Source of the DNA: an uncultured Desulfurococcaceae archaeon
Lineage (GTDB): Archaea > Thermoproteota > Thermoprotei_A > Sulfolobales > NBVN01
Assembly: GCA_964655125.1 (NCBI GenBank)
Contig: CAZZLT010000046.1
Location: forward strand, 14,480 to 78,479
Length of the DNA: 64,000 nt
Reading direction: 5' to 3'
Shown here: in pieces, positions 8,170-18,093 of the stretch
Layout of the letters: every line of letters starts with the position of its first letter
Numbering within the stretch: position 1 is the first letter of the stretch
Notes under the pieces: model-generated
What the model saw: the letters and a program-made list of their open reading frames with translations, nothing else
Databases searched by the model: none
Told to the model about the DNA's origin: nothing
Position numbers and translations under genes: made by a program

Positions 8170-9048
8170 TTGGCTGTCTATAGAGTTGATATCTCTGTTT
8201 TAAATGATGATTATTCAGGTTTTACTAAATTACTATCATCACATGGATTATCACTTCATATTAGGATTTACTCAGATAACGGTATTGATAATTTATTATT
8301 GGATGTAGGTCCTAGTAATCGTATAATTAAGTATAATTCAGAGTTGTTGGGGTTGGATTTAAGAGATGTTAAAGCTGTGGTTTTAAGTCATAGACATTAT
8401 GACCATACAGGTGGTTTGAAGTATGTGTTAAGAGTTAATAATAGTGTTGGGAGGAGATTAACTGTTATAGCACATCCATGGATTTTTAAACCATCAATAA
8501 CTTTAAGTAGTGATAAGCAGGAGTTTGATAAGGGTATACCATACTCTTATGAGGAGTTAATCAATTTAAAACCTAATTTAATACTTACTAAGAGTCCTCT
8601 ACACGTATTTGATTCTACATACTACTTAGGTGAAATCGGTAATTACCTTGACTTATCGAAGTATAAGGAGGGGTTCTACACAGTATTAGATGATGGTGAG
8701 TTAGTACCTGATAACTTACCTGATGATACTGGATTAGGTATTAAGGTGGAGGGGTTAGGGTTGGTAGTACTTAGCGGTTGTAGTCATAGTGGGATCGTTA
8801 ATATTGTTAAGCAAGCATCTGAGATATTCAAGGAGAATGTCTACGCTATTGTAGGAGGTCTTCATATGTTGAAGTATAGTGAAGAGGATATACGAGAAAG
8901 TATTAAGTTGCTGGAGGATTTAGGAGTTACAAATTTATATGTAGGACATTGTACAGGGTTTAAGGCTGAGAAGATATTAAGTGAGGAATTTAGAGATAAC
9001 TTCTATAAGATACATACAGGATTTAAAATTACTTTAAAAAGTAGGTAG
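8170..9048 (+). CDS. Metallo-beta-lactamase-fold protein (COG1237-like)
   Basis: SHRHYDHTGGL zinc motif, GCSHSG, VGHCTG. 292 aa. Confidence 0.75.
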   Translation: MAVYRVDISVLNDDYSGFTKLLSSHGLSLHIRIYSDNGIDNLLLDVGPSNRIIKYNSELLGLDLRDVKAVVLSHRHYDHTGGLKYVLRVNNSVGRRLTVIAHPWIFKPSITLSSDKQEFDKGIPYSYEELINLKPNLILTKSPLHVFDSTYYLGEIGNYLDLSKYKEGFYTVLDDGELVPDNLPDDTGLGIKVEGLGLVVLSGCSHSGIVNIVKQASEIFKENVYAIVGGLHMLKYSEEDIRESIKLLEDLGVTNLYVGHCTGFKAEKILSEEFRDNFYKIHTGFKITLKSR

Positions 9049-9082
9049 TATATCACTGATATTACTGAGGTATTAGGTAGTA

Positions 9083-9673
9083 TTGTTTGACATAAACCTA
9101 CTGTTGAGTTTATCAGTACAGCTCTACGCGATTATGGATCCTATAGCCGCTATACCGCAGTTTATGAGGGTTCTTGAAGATGTTGAAGAAAGTGATATTA
9201 AGAAGATAGTTAATAAGACTGGTATAGCTATATTCTCTCTACTAACCATCTTTACATTATTCGGTAATTACATACTGAATTTATTCGGTATATCAATCTC
9301 CTCATTAAGAGTGGCTGGAGGTGTAATATTAATGGGTGTTGCTTTAGATACGTTAATAACAGGACATAAACCATCTAAGGTTGAAGTAGGTGAGTACGTA
9401 ATAGTACCTCTAGCAACTCCATTAATTGTAGGTCCTGGAACTATGACATTACTTATAGTATCTACTGGTGTTTACGGGGTGTTAACTACATTGATAGCTG
9501 CCTATATAGCATTCATAGCAGTTTACATAACACTACTCTTATCCCCTATAATATTAAGACTTACAGGACCTACATTTGTAAATGGTTTAGGAAGGTTTAT
9601 GTCTCTAATAATAGCGTCATTCGCTGTTGAAATGTTAGTAAGTGGTGTTAGAGAATTACTACTAATTCATTAA
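9083..9673 (+). CDS. MarC-family (UPF0056) integral membrane protein
   Basis: YAIMDPIAAIPQF N-terminal motif. About six hydrophobic segments. 196 aa. Confidence 0.8.
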   Translation: MFDINLLLSLSVQLYAIMDPIAAIPQFMRVLEDVEESDIKKIVNKTGIAIFSLLTIFTLFGNYILNLFGISISSLRVAGGVILMGVALDTLITGHKPSKVEVGEYVIVPLATPLIVGPGTMTLLIVSTGVYGVLTTLIAAYIAFIAVYITLLLSPIILRLTGPTFVNGLGRFMSLIIASFAVEMLVSGVRELLLIH

Positions 9674-9835
9674 CAATCATAATATATGGTCAATATTAAA
9701 TTAAGAGTTTAAACCGTAGTAGTTCTGATATTAGGTTAAATACATGTATATTCTATAATCAGAACTCAATGATATAATATTTGTAGGATTTGATGAGAAG
9801 AGTGTAAACGCTGAGATTTAAATACTTAAGTTATA

Positions 9836-10129
9836 TCAAGTATTATGAGTGAGTGGACGTCCTCTTAACCCCTTAACATTATGTATATGTACGTGTTCTC
9901 CAACACTTATATGCTTAGTAGCTATCCCTATAACTTCCCCATACTTTATTACGTATTCACCTTCTCTAATATCTCTTACTGAGAACTTATGCCCGAAGGG
10001 TATATCATCTAACAATTTTATCTTGATATTATTACCTTGGACTACTAGTTCAACTTCATCACCACTTCTTAAGTTTGTTAACGCTATAGCTACATTATCC
10101 TTCTCATTTAGGAGTAATGCCTTCCTCAT
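9836..10129 (-). CDS. SAF-domain protein resembling the N-terminal domain of UxaA/altronate-galactarate dehydratase (stand-alone)
   Basis: KDNVAIAL...GDEV...IPFGHKFSVRDIREGEYVIKYGEVIG...GEHVHIHN. ATG overlaps the upstream gene stop as ATGA. Confidence 0.7.
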   Translation of the reverse strand: MRKALLLNEKDNVAIALTNLRSGDEVELVVQGNNIKIKLLDDIPFGHKFSVRDIREGEYVIKYGEVIGIATKHISVGEHVHIHNVKGLRGRPLTHNT

Positions 10130-10932
10130 AATCCCCACCTGAATAACTTCTCAATAAGTTCTATATCTTCTTTACTTAACCTCCAACCAAGAGCTCCTCT
10201 AAACTCATCAACTCTTTCAACCTTCTCAGTTTTAGGGATTGCTACTACGTAAGGTCTTGAGATTAAGAAGTTTAGAGCTACTTGGACTGTAGTCCTACCG
10301 TATTTAGAACCTATTTTAAGGAGTTCTTTATCATTAACTACTAAACCCCTCTCTAACGGTGAGTATGCTTGAATTGTTATACCTTCTCGAATAACGTATG
10401 GTAGTAGATCCCTCTCTACAGACCTATCATAGACACTATACTTAACTTGATTTACAACGATATCATACTTACTTGTAGCTTCTATAGCTCCCCTCAACTC
10501 AGTTAAGGTAAAGTTTGAAACACCTATATACCTACATAACCCCTCATCAGCTAAAGCCTCAAGAACTCTAACCTGTCTCTCAATACTTACTCTCCTATTA
10601 GGCCAGTGAATAAGTATTAGATCAATAGTACTTAAACCTAACCTACGTAAGCTAGCTCTAGCAGCCTTGATAGCCTCACTCCTATCAACAAACCTCTCAG
10701 GTAGTAGCTTAGTAGTTATGAAGAAATCACCTTTAAATTCCTTAACCACCTTACCAACTAATTCTTCAGCTTTACCACCATCATACATTTCAGCAGTATC
10801 TACGAGGGTTAAACCTATACTTAAAGCATGTTTTAAAGCGTTTTCAGCGTCTCTGTAATTACGGATACCCCAAGTACCAATACCTATAGCAGGTACTGAT
10901 TCTCCAGACCTACCAAGCGGTTTTCTATCCAT
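10126..10932 (-). CDS. Aldo/keto reductase
   Basis: GIGTWG, VDTAEMYDGGKAEE, LILIHWP and AYSPL motifs. Confidence 0.9.
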   Translation of the reverse strand: MDRKPLGRSGESVPAIGIGTWGIRNYRDAENALKHALSIGLTLVDTAEMYDGGKAEELVGKVVKEFKGDFFITTKLLPERFVDRSEAIKAARASLRRLGLSTIDLILIHWPNRRVSIERQVRVLEALADEGLCRYIGVSNFTLTELRGAIEATSKYDIVVNQVKYSVYDRSVERDLLPYVIREGITIQAYSPLERGLVVNDKELLKIGSKYGRTTVQVALNFLISRPYVVAIPKTEKVERVDEFRGALGWRLSKEDIELIEKLFRWGL

Positions 10933-11045
10933 AAAATCTATAGGTATTGACGTACTAACACCACTATAAGTATAACATTAACAACTTAAATCTCAAACTC
11001 TAAACCATACTGAATCACTAGTTAATGAGAAGTACTGTGTATGGT

Positions 11046-12149
11046 CTACCATAGCGAGTGCTTAGGTTCTATACGGACTCCATACTCTTCTAAACGTTTA
11101 TAGAGTTCTTGAAGAGCTTCCTCATCAGATCTAGTTAGGGTTGGTGGGTATTTAAAGTAGGGTGCTGATGCCCAACTAGGTGCTCCGTAGATCCCTAATT
11201 CGTTTAAGACCTTAGCCAGTCTTATAACATCTACTAATATTGCTGAAGCCATAGCCTTATCATCAACTACTAACTTCACATCTAGTGTTACTGGTAGTCC
11301 CATAAACCCTAAAGCTTTAATGTATATGTATGATACCTTAGTATTCGCTAAGAACGGTATGTACCCGTTAGGTCCTGCAAAAACCTTATTAAATGCTTCG
11401 TATGGATTTAACTGAGTAGATGCTACAGCCATAGTCTTACTGATCTTCTTACTATGTAGTCTTGATTGCTCTAACATGTTTTTAAAGTCTGTATTACCAC
11501 CTACGTTAAGTTGGTAAGACTCTACAATCTCACCACCCCTCATAGCTATTAACCTAGCTAAAGCTCTATGAACTATAGTTGCACCTAACTGACCCTTAAT
11601 ATCATCACCTAGTAATGTCGCTTTATTACTTATGAACAACTCCTGGTAGTTAGGGTCACTTGCTATGAATTCAGGGATACAGTTTATGAAGGAGACTCCA
11701 GCCCTAGCAGCTACATCAGCGTAGAATCTAGTTGCTTGAGAACTCCCTACTGGGAGTAAGTTAATCAGTATATCTACGTCATTATCTCTTAACTCACGGA
11801 CTAACTCATCAGCTGTTGGTTCCGGATCATTAGATGGTGTGAAGTCTTCAACCATATGCTCAGCAACACCATCTAATATCTTACCCATCCTCACCTTAAC
11901 ACCTGTTGAGCTGATATCAACTAGTTTAGGTACTAGGTTAGGTGGTTGGAATATAGCTTCAGCTAAGTCCCTACCAACCTTATACTTAGACACATCAACA
12001 GCGTATACTACCTCTATATCACTAACACTATACCTACCGATAAAGGTATGTATTAACCCCTTAACACTCCCGCTATATCTGTAGTAATGGATTGATTGGA
12101 TAAGCATTGAGGCGATATTCCCGACACCAACTACACCAACCTTAATCAT
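11046..12149 (-). CDS. myo-Inositol-1-phosphate synthase family (archaeal short form)
   Basis: Rossmann N-terminus MIKVGVVGVGNIAS, GDDIKGQLGATIVHRAL, NVGGNTDFKNM. Confidence 0.8.
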   Translation of the reverse strand: MIKVGVVGVGNIASMLIQSIHYYRYSGSVKGLIHTFIGRYSVSDIEVVYAVDVSKYKVGRDLAEAIFQPPNLVPKLVDISSTGVKVRMGKILDGVAEHMVEDFTPSNDPEPTADELVRELRDNDVDILINLLPVGSSQATRFYADVAARAGVSFINCIPEFIASDPNYQELFISNKATLLGDDIKGQLGATIVHRALARLIAMRGGEIVESYQLNVGGNTDFKNMLEQSRLHSKKISKTMAVASTQLNPYEAFNKVFAGPNGYIPFLANTKVSYIYIKALGFMGLPVTLDVKLVVDDKAMASAILVDVIRLAKVLNELGIYGAPSWASAPYFKYPPTLTRSDEEALQELYKRLEEYGVRIEPKHSLW

Positions 12150-12241
12150 ACCAACTACCTCTAAATACTTATATTTACAGATATAAATATTTACGTCTAT
12201 AAATATAAGTTATAACTTCATTAACTTATTAGGTGGTGTAA

Positions 12242-12571
12242 CTGGAAAGTACTAAAGCTTATGAGAGATTAAAGAGGAAGTTAACCATAGAGAATTTATG
12301 GTTATACATAATTAAGATTCTAAAGGATGAGGGGGAGTTAAGAGCTTACGATATTAAGAAGTACTTAACAACGTATTTCAATTTAAGACCTGCTACTATA
12401 ACTGTGTACTCAGTAATATATAGGATGGTTAGGGAGGGGTTAATAGTAGATGTTAAGATGGTTGACGGCACCCGTTACAGAGTTACTGAGAAAGGGTTAG
12501 AAACCTTTAAACAAGGACTTAACTATATCAATGAATTACTTAAGATATTAAGTGATAGCCGTAGTGAGTAG
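12242..12571 (+). CDS. PadR-like winged-helix transcription regulator (not in the ORF track; start codon non-canonical or unresolved)
   Basis: Open frame LESTKAYERLKRKLTIENLWLYIIKILKDEGELRAYDIKKYL...TVYSVIYRMVREGLIV...YRVTEKG. The first canonical in-frame start would remove helix 1. CTG 12242 lies 3-5 nt after AGGTGGTG. Confidence 0.65.
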   Translation: MESTKAYERLKRKLTIENLWLYIIKILKDEGELRAYDIKKYLTTYFNLRPATITVYSVIYRMVREGLIVDVKMVDGTRYRVTEKGLETFKQGLNYINELLKILSDSRSE

Positions 12572-12579
12572 GTGTTAAC

Positions 12580-13005
12580 GTGGGTAATGAATTTAGGGTG
12601 TATATGAAGGAAATCGAGGTTAGTAGTAAGAGGAGGTATGAGGTAATAAGGATTACAGAACTAGTTGAGGAGGTTGTGAAGGAGTCAGGTATTAAGGATG
12701 GTTTAGTATTAGTTTACGTACCACACGCAACAGCTACTATAATAGTGAATGAGTATGAACCGAGGTTATGTGAGGATTATATTGAGTGGGTGAGGAGGTA
12801 TATACCACCAAATGCTGGTTGGAGACATGATGAAATAGATGATAACGCCCACGCACACATCACATCAGCTATAGTAGGTCCTGGGAGAGTCATACCAGTA
12901 CGTAACAGTAGGTTACTCTTAGGTACTTGGCAAGAGATTATGTTGGTAGAACTTGACGGTCCTAGACCTTCGAGGAAAGTAGTTATTGAGGTTATGGGTA
13001 AGTAA
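12580..13005 (+). CDS. YjbQ/UPF0047-family protein
   Basis: VPHATATIIVNEYEP and DDNAHAHITSAIVGPG motifs. GTG start 5 nt after GGTG. Confidence 0.8.
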   Translation: MGNEFRVYMKEIEVSSKRRYEVIRITELVEEVVKESGIKDGLVLVYVPHATATIIVNEYEPRLCEDYIEWVRRYIPPNAGWRHDEIDDNAHAHITSAIVGPGRVIPVRNSRLLLGTWQEIMLVELDGPRPSRKVVIEVMGK

Positions 13006-13020
13006 ATTAACTATTAGTTA

Positions 13021-14508
13021 CTACCTCTCCATAAATGATAATATGTTATTAAGTACTTGTCTAAGGTATTCGATATACTTACTAATGATTTCGTTATCGC
13101 TAGTACCTAAGTCACAGCATAGTACATCCTCATCACCAGCTACTATAACACCAACCCTAGAACCCCTCCTTAAATTATTAATGACTAATGCATGAGGTGC
13201 TAATACAGTAGTTAAATCCTTATTCAAATCTCTATAACTACCTATAGCTACTGGTTTAACTAATTTCTTAGATATTAGTTTAAACACTTTACTTAACTTA
13301 CTTAGGTCATGTACAGTTAAGATCTTACTAACAACATCATCTAACTCTGGTGGTAGGGAATTTTTAAGGTATTCGTAATATTCCTTAAATTCAAGTCCTT
13401 CTAAACTGTAGTTATTAACTACGTTAACAATCCATGTAACTAACCTATCTATAAGTAATTCATTATTATAGTAAGTATCTAGGTCTGTATGATATACGTC
13501 ATCTATATCCCTTAGATTATGGAGGGTTACTGTAGGGATACCTAAAGAACTAAATGAGAGACCATCACTGTATGGGTGGTCAAACCCTTCATAGGAGTAC
13601 TTAATAGTTGAGTATTTAATGAAGAACTTACCAATCTCTGGACCTGTAGCATTAACTCTGATAGGCTCCATACATGCTGTATCTAGGTTTACAACGAATC
13701 TCAAACTACTTAAGTCTACATTCCTCACAAATTCTCTAGAACCATAAGACCAATACCAAGGACTTAAGTTAGGACTACCGAACTCCTCAGCTGTAAAGCT
13801 TACTAACCTTAACGTATACTTAACACTCGACTTACTCAATACATCAGCAAGTTTAAGTAGTGTGTAGAGTCCTACTATATTATCTCTATAACCTGTAAAC
13901 CATCTATCATGATGTGCTGAGACTAAGACCTCACCCTCCCCACCACCTACAACTACTTCAACATTATATCCGGTACCTCCTCTAATGTCAGTCTTACACC
14001 TAAGCTCAACATACTTACCAATTAACTCCCTCATCCTAATACCGTCTTCAAATCTCATATGAACTGCAGGTATTGGAGGGAATTTACCACTACTGAAGGA
14101 ATAACTCCAAACACCACTTACTACAATCCTCCTAAACCTCCCCGGATAACTATCATAGAATATAACTGCTTCAGCACCTGCCTCAACAGCTAAGTTATAG
14201 AGTACCCAGACATTATCCGGGAACTCAGTAGTACTTAGGAGTAGTACCTTACCGTAGGACTCCTCAATCTTATCCGTTAACTTACCACGTACTTCAGAAG
14301 TAGTTATCGGTGGTAAACACCTACATATATAATCATTAACATCACATCTGATATCCTCCCACGTAATCACGTTAATAGGGTGTAACTTAACATCTAATCC
14401 TAACTCTATAAAGTAATCCCTTAATTTCCTAACTACGAGTAACTCCTTCTCAGAACCTGCTACGACGTCATTAACACTTACTAACTCCTTTAATAACTCC
14501 TCCAACAT
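13021..14508 (-). CDS. M28-family metallopeptidase (aminopeptidase-like, with a PA-type insert)
   Basis: SAHHDRWFTGYRDNIVG and FTAEEFGS metal-ligand motifs. 495 aa. Confidence 0.7.
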   Translation of the reverse strand: MLEELLKELVSVNDVVAGSEKELLVVRKLRDYFIELGLDVKLHPINVITWEDIRCDVNDYICRCLPPITTSEVRGKLTDKIEESYGKVLLLSTTEFPDNVWVLYNLAVEAGAEAVIFYDSYPGRFRRIVVSGVWSYSFSSGKFPPIPAVHMRFEDGIRMRELIGKYVELRCKTDIRGGTGYNVEVVVGGGEGEVLVSAHHDRWFTGYRDNIVGLYTLLKLADVLSKSSVKYTLRLVSFTAEEFGSPNLSPWYWSYGSREFVRNVDLSSLRFVVNLDTACMEPIRVNATGPEIGKFFIKYSTIKYSYEGFDHPYSDGLSFSSLGIPTVTLHNLRDIDDVYHTDLDTYYNNELLIDRLVTWIVNVVNNYSLEGLEFKEYYEYLKNSLPPELDDVVSKILTVHDLSKLSKVFKLISKKLVKPVAIGSYRDLNKDLTTVLAPHALVINNLRRGSRVGVIVAGDEDVLCCDLGTSDNEIISKYIEYLRQVLNNILSFMER

Positions 14509-14640
14509 ACTCGAACACTGTTAGAATTTACGTATTAAAGTAAATAACTAGTAACCCCACTTACTCTATATAGTGGTTAGATCTACTAACATTTAAATAC
14601 GTAGCCGTAAGTGTATTCAGGATATTCATGTGGTGTTAGT

Positions 14641-15846
14641 ATGGGTAGTACTTACCCCCTAACCGGTATTAAGGTCTTAGACTTCACATCAGCTATGGCT
14701 GGACCCTTCGCTACTATGTTATTAGCTGATTTAGGTGCTGAAGTTATTAAGATAGAACCTCCTACAGGTGATCATGCTCGTGATTGGGGACCTCCATTCT
14801 ATACCGACAAATATAGTGCTTACTTCGCATCTGTTAATAGGGGTAAGAAGAGTGTTGTTATTAACTTAAGAGATCCTAGGGGTAAGGAGGTAATATATAA
14901 GTTAGTTAGTAAGTCTCGAGTTGTTATAGAGTCCTTCAGACCTGGTGTAACGACTAGGTTAGGTATAGATTATGAATCACTATCTAAGATAAACCCAAAC
15001 ATCATATACTGTTCAATCTCTGGTTTCGGTCAGTACGGTCCTTATAAGGATTTACCTGGTTATGACTTAATAGCGTTAGCTATGAGTGGTTTAATGGATT
15101 TAACAGGTGAACCTGATAGACCCCCAGTTAAGTTCGGGGTTCCAATATCAGATATAATTACCGGTATGTACGCAGTAATCGCTATATTATCAGCACTTTA
15201 CTTAGGTATTGGATGTCATATAGATTTATCACTACTTGATAGTTCCATCTCCATACTTACACATCAAGCAGGGTATTACTTCGTAACTAATGAAGACCCT
15301 AAGAGATTAGGTAGTGCTCACTCCAGTATAGCTCCGTACCAAGCATTTAAGGCTAGAGATGGTTATATAGTAGTTGCTGTAGGTAATGACAGTATCTGGA
15401 GGGATTTCTGTATAGCTATTGGAAAACCAGAACTAATTAATGATGAGAGATTCTACACAAATAGTGAGAGGGTAAGACATAGAGAAGAATTAGTTAAGAT
15501 TCTTGAGGAATTACTTAGTAAGGAAGGTGTTGATTACTGGGTCAGTAAGTTAAGAAGTGCCGGAATCCCTGTAGCACCTGTATACAGAGTTAGTCAAGCA
15601 CTTAAAGACCCACACGTAATAAGTAGGGATATGGTTGTTGAAGTCCAGCATAGAGTTTTAGGTACTATTAAAATGATTGCAAATCCTATCAAGTACCTAA
15701 CTAGTAATGTAAGAGTTGGAATGTATAGACCACCGCCATTACTAGGTGAACATACTGTTGAAGTACTTAAGGAGTTAGGATATAGTGATGATGAAGTAAA
15801 GAGTTTAATAAGGAATGGAGTAGTAGCTACTCATGAAGAATACTAA
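14641..15846 (+). CDS. Family III CoA-transferase (CaiB/BaiF type)
   Basis: LTGIKVLDFTSAMAGPFATMLLADLGAEVIKIEPP motif. ATG 14641 lies 5 nt after GGTG (the listed ORF starts 30 nt earlier). Confidence 0.85.
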   Translation: MGSTYPLTGIKVLDFTSAMAGPFATMLLADLGAEVIKIEPPTGDHARDWGPPFYTDKYSAYFASVNRGKKSVVINLRDPRGKEVIYKLVSKSRVVIESFRPGVTTRLGIDYESLSKINPNIIYCSISGFGQYGPYKDLPGYDLIALAMSGLMDLTGEPDRPPVKFGVPISDIITGMYAVIAILSALYLGIGCHIDLSLLDSSISILTHQAGYYFVTNEDPKRLGSAHSSIAPYQAFKARDGYIVVAVGNDSIWRDFCIAIGKPELINDERFYTNSERVRHREELVKILEELLSKEGVDYWVSKLRSAGIPVAPVYRVSQALKDPHVISRDMVVEVQHRVLGTIKMIANPIKYLTSNVRVGMYRPPPLLGEHTVEVLKELGYSDDEVKSLIRNGVVATHEEY

Positions 15847-15881
15847 ACATACCTTAAAACTGATAATCAATACAGAATTAA

Positions 15882-16118
15882 TTAAACCCTACGTATGAAT
15901 ACCTTCACATAACCTAAGTCCTCCTCAACTGAAGCTACCTTAAATCCATGCCTATCTATTAAAACCTCTAACACCTTAACAGGTATATCCTCAGGATTAA
16001 TCAGAATTACAGCTTCTGAACCATTAAACTCCTTTAAAACTCTATTTAACTTAGTTACTGGATGACCACCACAACCAGGTTCTTTAAACCTTAAATCGAT
16101 TACAACCACTTTAAACAC
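15882..16118 (-). CDS. Small TusA/SirA-fold-like protein (tentative)
   Basis: 78 aa with beta-alpha-beta layout and a GCGGHP loop where TusA has CPxP. Weak call. Confidence 0.35.
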   Translation of the reverse strand: MFKVVVIDLRFKEPGCGGHPVTKLNRVLKEFNGSEAVILINPEDIPVKVLEVLIDRHGFKVASVEEDLGYVKVFIRRV

Positions 16119-16221
16119 CTCTACTAAGGTCTTACCTAATTACTTAATAAGTTCTCAGCTAATAAGTAATGTAAAGATAACTGAGTTATCTTAAACTTAT
16201 AAATCGTACCTAAAGGTTAGA

Positions 16222-17010
16222 GTGGTGTTTGATACGTCCTTTGAAGGTAAGATTTCCAAAATAATACTTGAGTACACAATGCGTGACTGGATTGATAATA
16301 TAACTAGCTGTGATGTAGTTATTGTAGGTGCTGGTCCTTCAGGTCTAACAGCTGCTAGATACTTAGCTAGGAGCGGGTATAGAGTTGTAGTATTTGAGAG
16401 GAGGTTGAGTTTTGGTGGTGGTATAGGTGGTGGCGGTATGCTAATGCATAAGATAGTAGTTGAGGGTTTAGCTAAGCCTATACTTGATGAGTTCAATATC
16501 AGATCTGTTAAGGTAGGTGATCACTACGTTGTTGATGCTTCAGAATTCATGGCTAAACTAGCTGTTGGAGCTATAGATGCTGGTGCTAGGATAATACATG
16601 GTATTCACGTAGATGATCTTATCTTCAGAGACAATCCGCTTAAGGTTGTAGGTGTTGTTATACAGTGGAGTGCTGTAGTTCTATCAGGACTACATGTTGA
16701 TCCATTATTTGTTGAGTCTAAAGCAGTTATAGATGCTACAGGTCATGATGCTGAGGTTGTCTCGATAGCTGTGAAGAAGATCCCAAACATTAACTTAGAG
16801 ATTAGAGGTGAGAAATCAGCATATACTGAGCTGAGTGAGAAGTTAGTAGTTGAGAAAACAGGTGTGTTAATCCCTGGACTATACGTAACTGGTATGGCAG
16901 TAGCTACAGTTTACGGATTACCTAGAATGGGTCCTGTATTCGGAGGTATGCTACTCTCAGGTAAGAAAGTTGCTGAGGAAGTTATTAAAGACTTCATTCA
17001 AGGGTCTTGA
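16222..17010 (+). CDS. thi4: Thiazole synthase Thi4 family
   Basis: [53 protein letters not shown]. Confidence 0.9.
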   Translation: MVFDTSFEGKISKIILEYTMRDWIDNITSCDVVIVGAGPSGLTAARYLARSGYRVVVFERRLSFGGGIGGGGMLMHKIVVEGLAKPILDEFNIRSVKVGDHYVVDASEFMAKLAVGAIDAGARIIHGIHVDDLIFRDNPLKVVGVVIQWSAVVLSGLHVDPLFVESKAVIDATGHDAEVVSIAVKKIPNINLEIRGEKSAYTELSEKLVVEKTGVLIPGLYVTGMAVATVYGLPRMGPVFGGMLLSGKKVAEEVIKDFIQGS

Positions 17011-17015
17011 GTTTA

Positions 17016-17147
17016 ATGTATTGTCAGGTATGCAAGCGTAGATTAGCTATGTATGTGTGTAGGAGGTGTTATAGGAGGGTATGTGATAAATGTATCCGCA
17101 TTCATGGATTATGTGTAAGGTGTTCTAATGAGTTGCTGAAGTTGTGA
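17016..17147 (+). CDS. 43-aa protein with four CxxC pairs (zinc-ribbon/treble-clef-like; not in the ORF track)
   Basis: ATG 17016 to TGA 17145-17147. MYCQVCKRRLAMYVCRRCYRRVCDKCIRIHGLCVRCSNELLKL. Cys at 3/6, 15/18, 23/26 and 33/36. Starts 6 nt after the thi4 stop. Confidence 0.45.
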   Translation: MYCQVCKRRLAMYVCRRCYRRVCDKCIRIHGLCVRCSNELLKL

Positions 17148-17213
17148 GTAGTTGTTTTGATTAATTGTTTACGAGTAAGTAAAAATTAAGATAAGGATTT
17201 TACAGACATATTA

Positions 17214-17519
17214 TTATGTAGTTTTAGTTGATGGTTTACCCTCCTCAACTGTAGTGGTTTTCTGAGTTTCACTCTCTAATTTCTTAAGTTCTTCCTCAAT
17301 CTCCTTCTCAATCTCCTCTATAGGTTTGGGTGGAGGTGTTGAAGCTAATGTATAACCTATCCAGGCTAGGATACCGAATACACCAGCTACCGCTACGAAA
17401 CCGGTTAGTTTAAGGATGAGTAAAGAGTATTCACTTAAGAAGACTAACCACCCATATATTAGGATTACCACAATGGAAGCTACCATCATCCCAAAACCTA
17501 AGGCCTGATCCTTACTCAC
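17214..17519 (-). CDS. Small membrane protein (2 TM) with a charged Glu/Lys-rich tail
   Basis: Two hydrophobic helices followed by PPPKPIEEIEKEIEEELKKLESE. No family recognised. Confidence 0.5.
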   Translation of the reverse strand: MSKDQALGFGMMVASIVVILIYGWLVFLSEYSLLILKLTGFVAVAGVFGILAWIGYTLASTPPPKPIEEIEKEIEEELKKLESETQKTTTVEEGKPSTKTT

Positions 17520-17592
17520 TACATCACCTAGATATTATTGTAGGGAAGTACTATTTTAAGTCTTAATACTGAGTTAATCTTAGGGAGTACTT

Positions 17593-18069
17593 ATGAAGTA
17601 CTGTGCATTCGATGTCGATGGTGTGTTACTAGATGTTAGTGAGAGGTTTAGGATTGCTAAAGAACTCGTAGAGAGTGGTAGGGAGAGGGATTTCTGGAGG
17701 GTATTCTTCAGTGAGGAACTTTTATTACTGGATAAACCTAGAATTACCTCAGTAGAGTTGATAAACTCTAGAGTAGGTAGGTATGGTCTAATAATAATTA
17801 CTGGTAGACCTGCTAACCTATACAGGATAACGTTAGAACAGATTATTCAGAACTTTAAGTTAAGACCTACTAAGATATTTATGAGGAGAGTTAATGATTA
17901 TAGACCATCTACTATCGTTAAGTTAGAACTTATTGAGAAGACATTAAATGAAGGTTATGAATTAGTTGAATACCATGATGATGACTTAGAAGTACTGAAG
18001 ACTATTAAGAGGTTATACCCTGGAATAACGTTATACTTCCATCAAGGAGATTCATACTATATACTCTAA
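17593..18069 (+). CDS. HAD-superfamily hydrolase-like protein (short)
   Basis: FDVDGVLLD motif I, IITGRP motif II, YHDDD motif IV. Confidence 0.6.
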   Translation: MKYCAFDVDGVLLDVSERFRIAKELVESGRERDFWRVFFSEELLLLDKPRITSVELINSRVGRYGLIIITGRPANLYRITLEQIIQNFKLRPTKIFMRRVNDYRPSTIVKLELIEKTLNEGYELVEYHDDDLEVLKTIKRLYPGITLYFHQGDSYYIL

Positions 18070-18093
18070 CATATAACCTCCACCACATTTAAG

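Noticed and set aside
9721-9814. A 9-bp stem (AGTTCTGAT / ATCAGAACT, 28-nt loop) between convergent genes, followed by TTGATGA-14 nt-CTGA.
   Set aside because: The stem is short with a large AT-rich loop. The C/D-like part has only one box pair and wrong spacing for a complete sRNA. Could be checked by small-RNA-seq, but is not supportable from sequence alone.
16119-16221. Searched for a TPP riboswitch upstream of thi4.
   Set aside because: No CUGAGA / ACCUGAUCUGGAUAAUGCCAGCG-type core is present. The region looks like a simple promoter.
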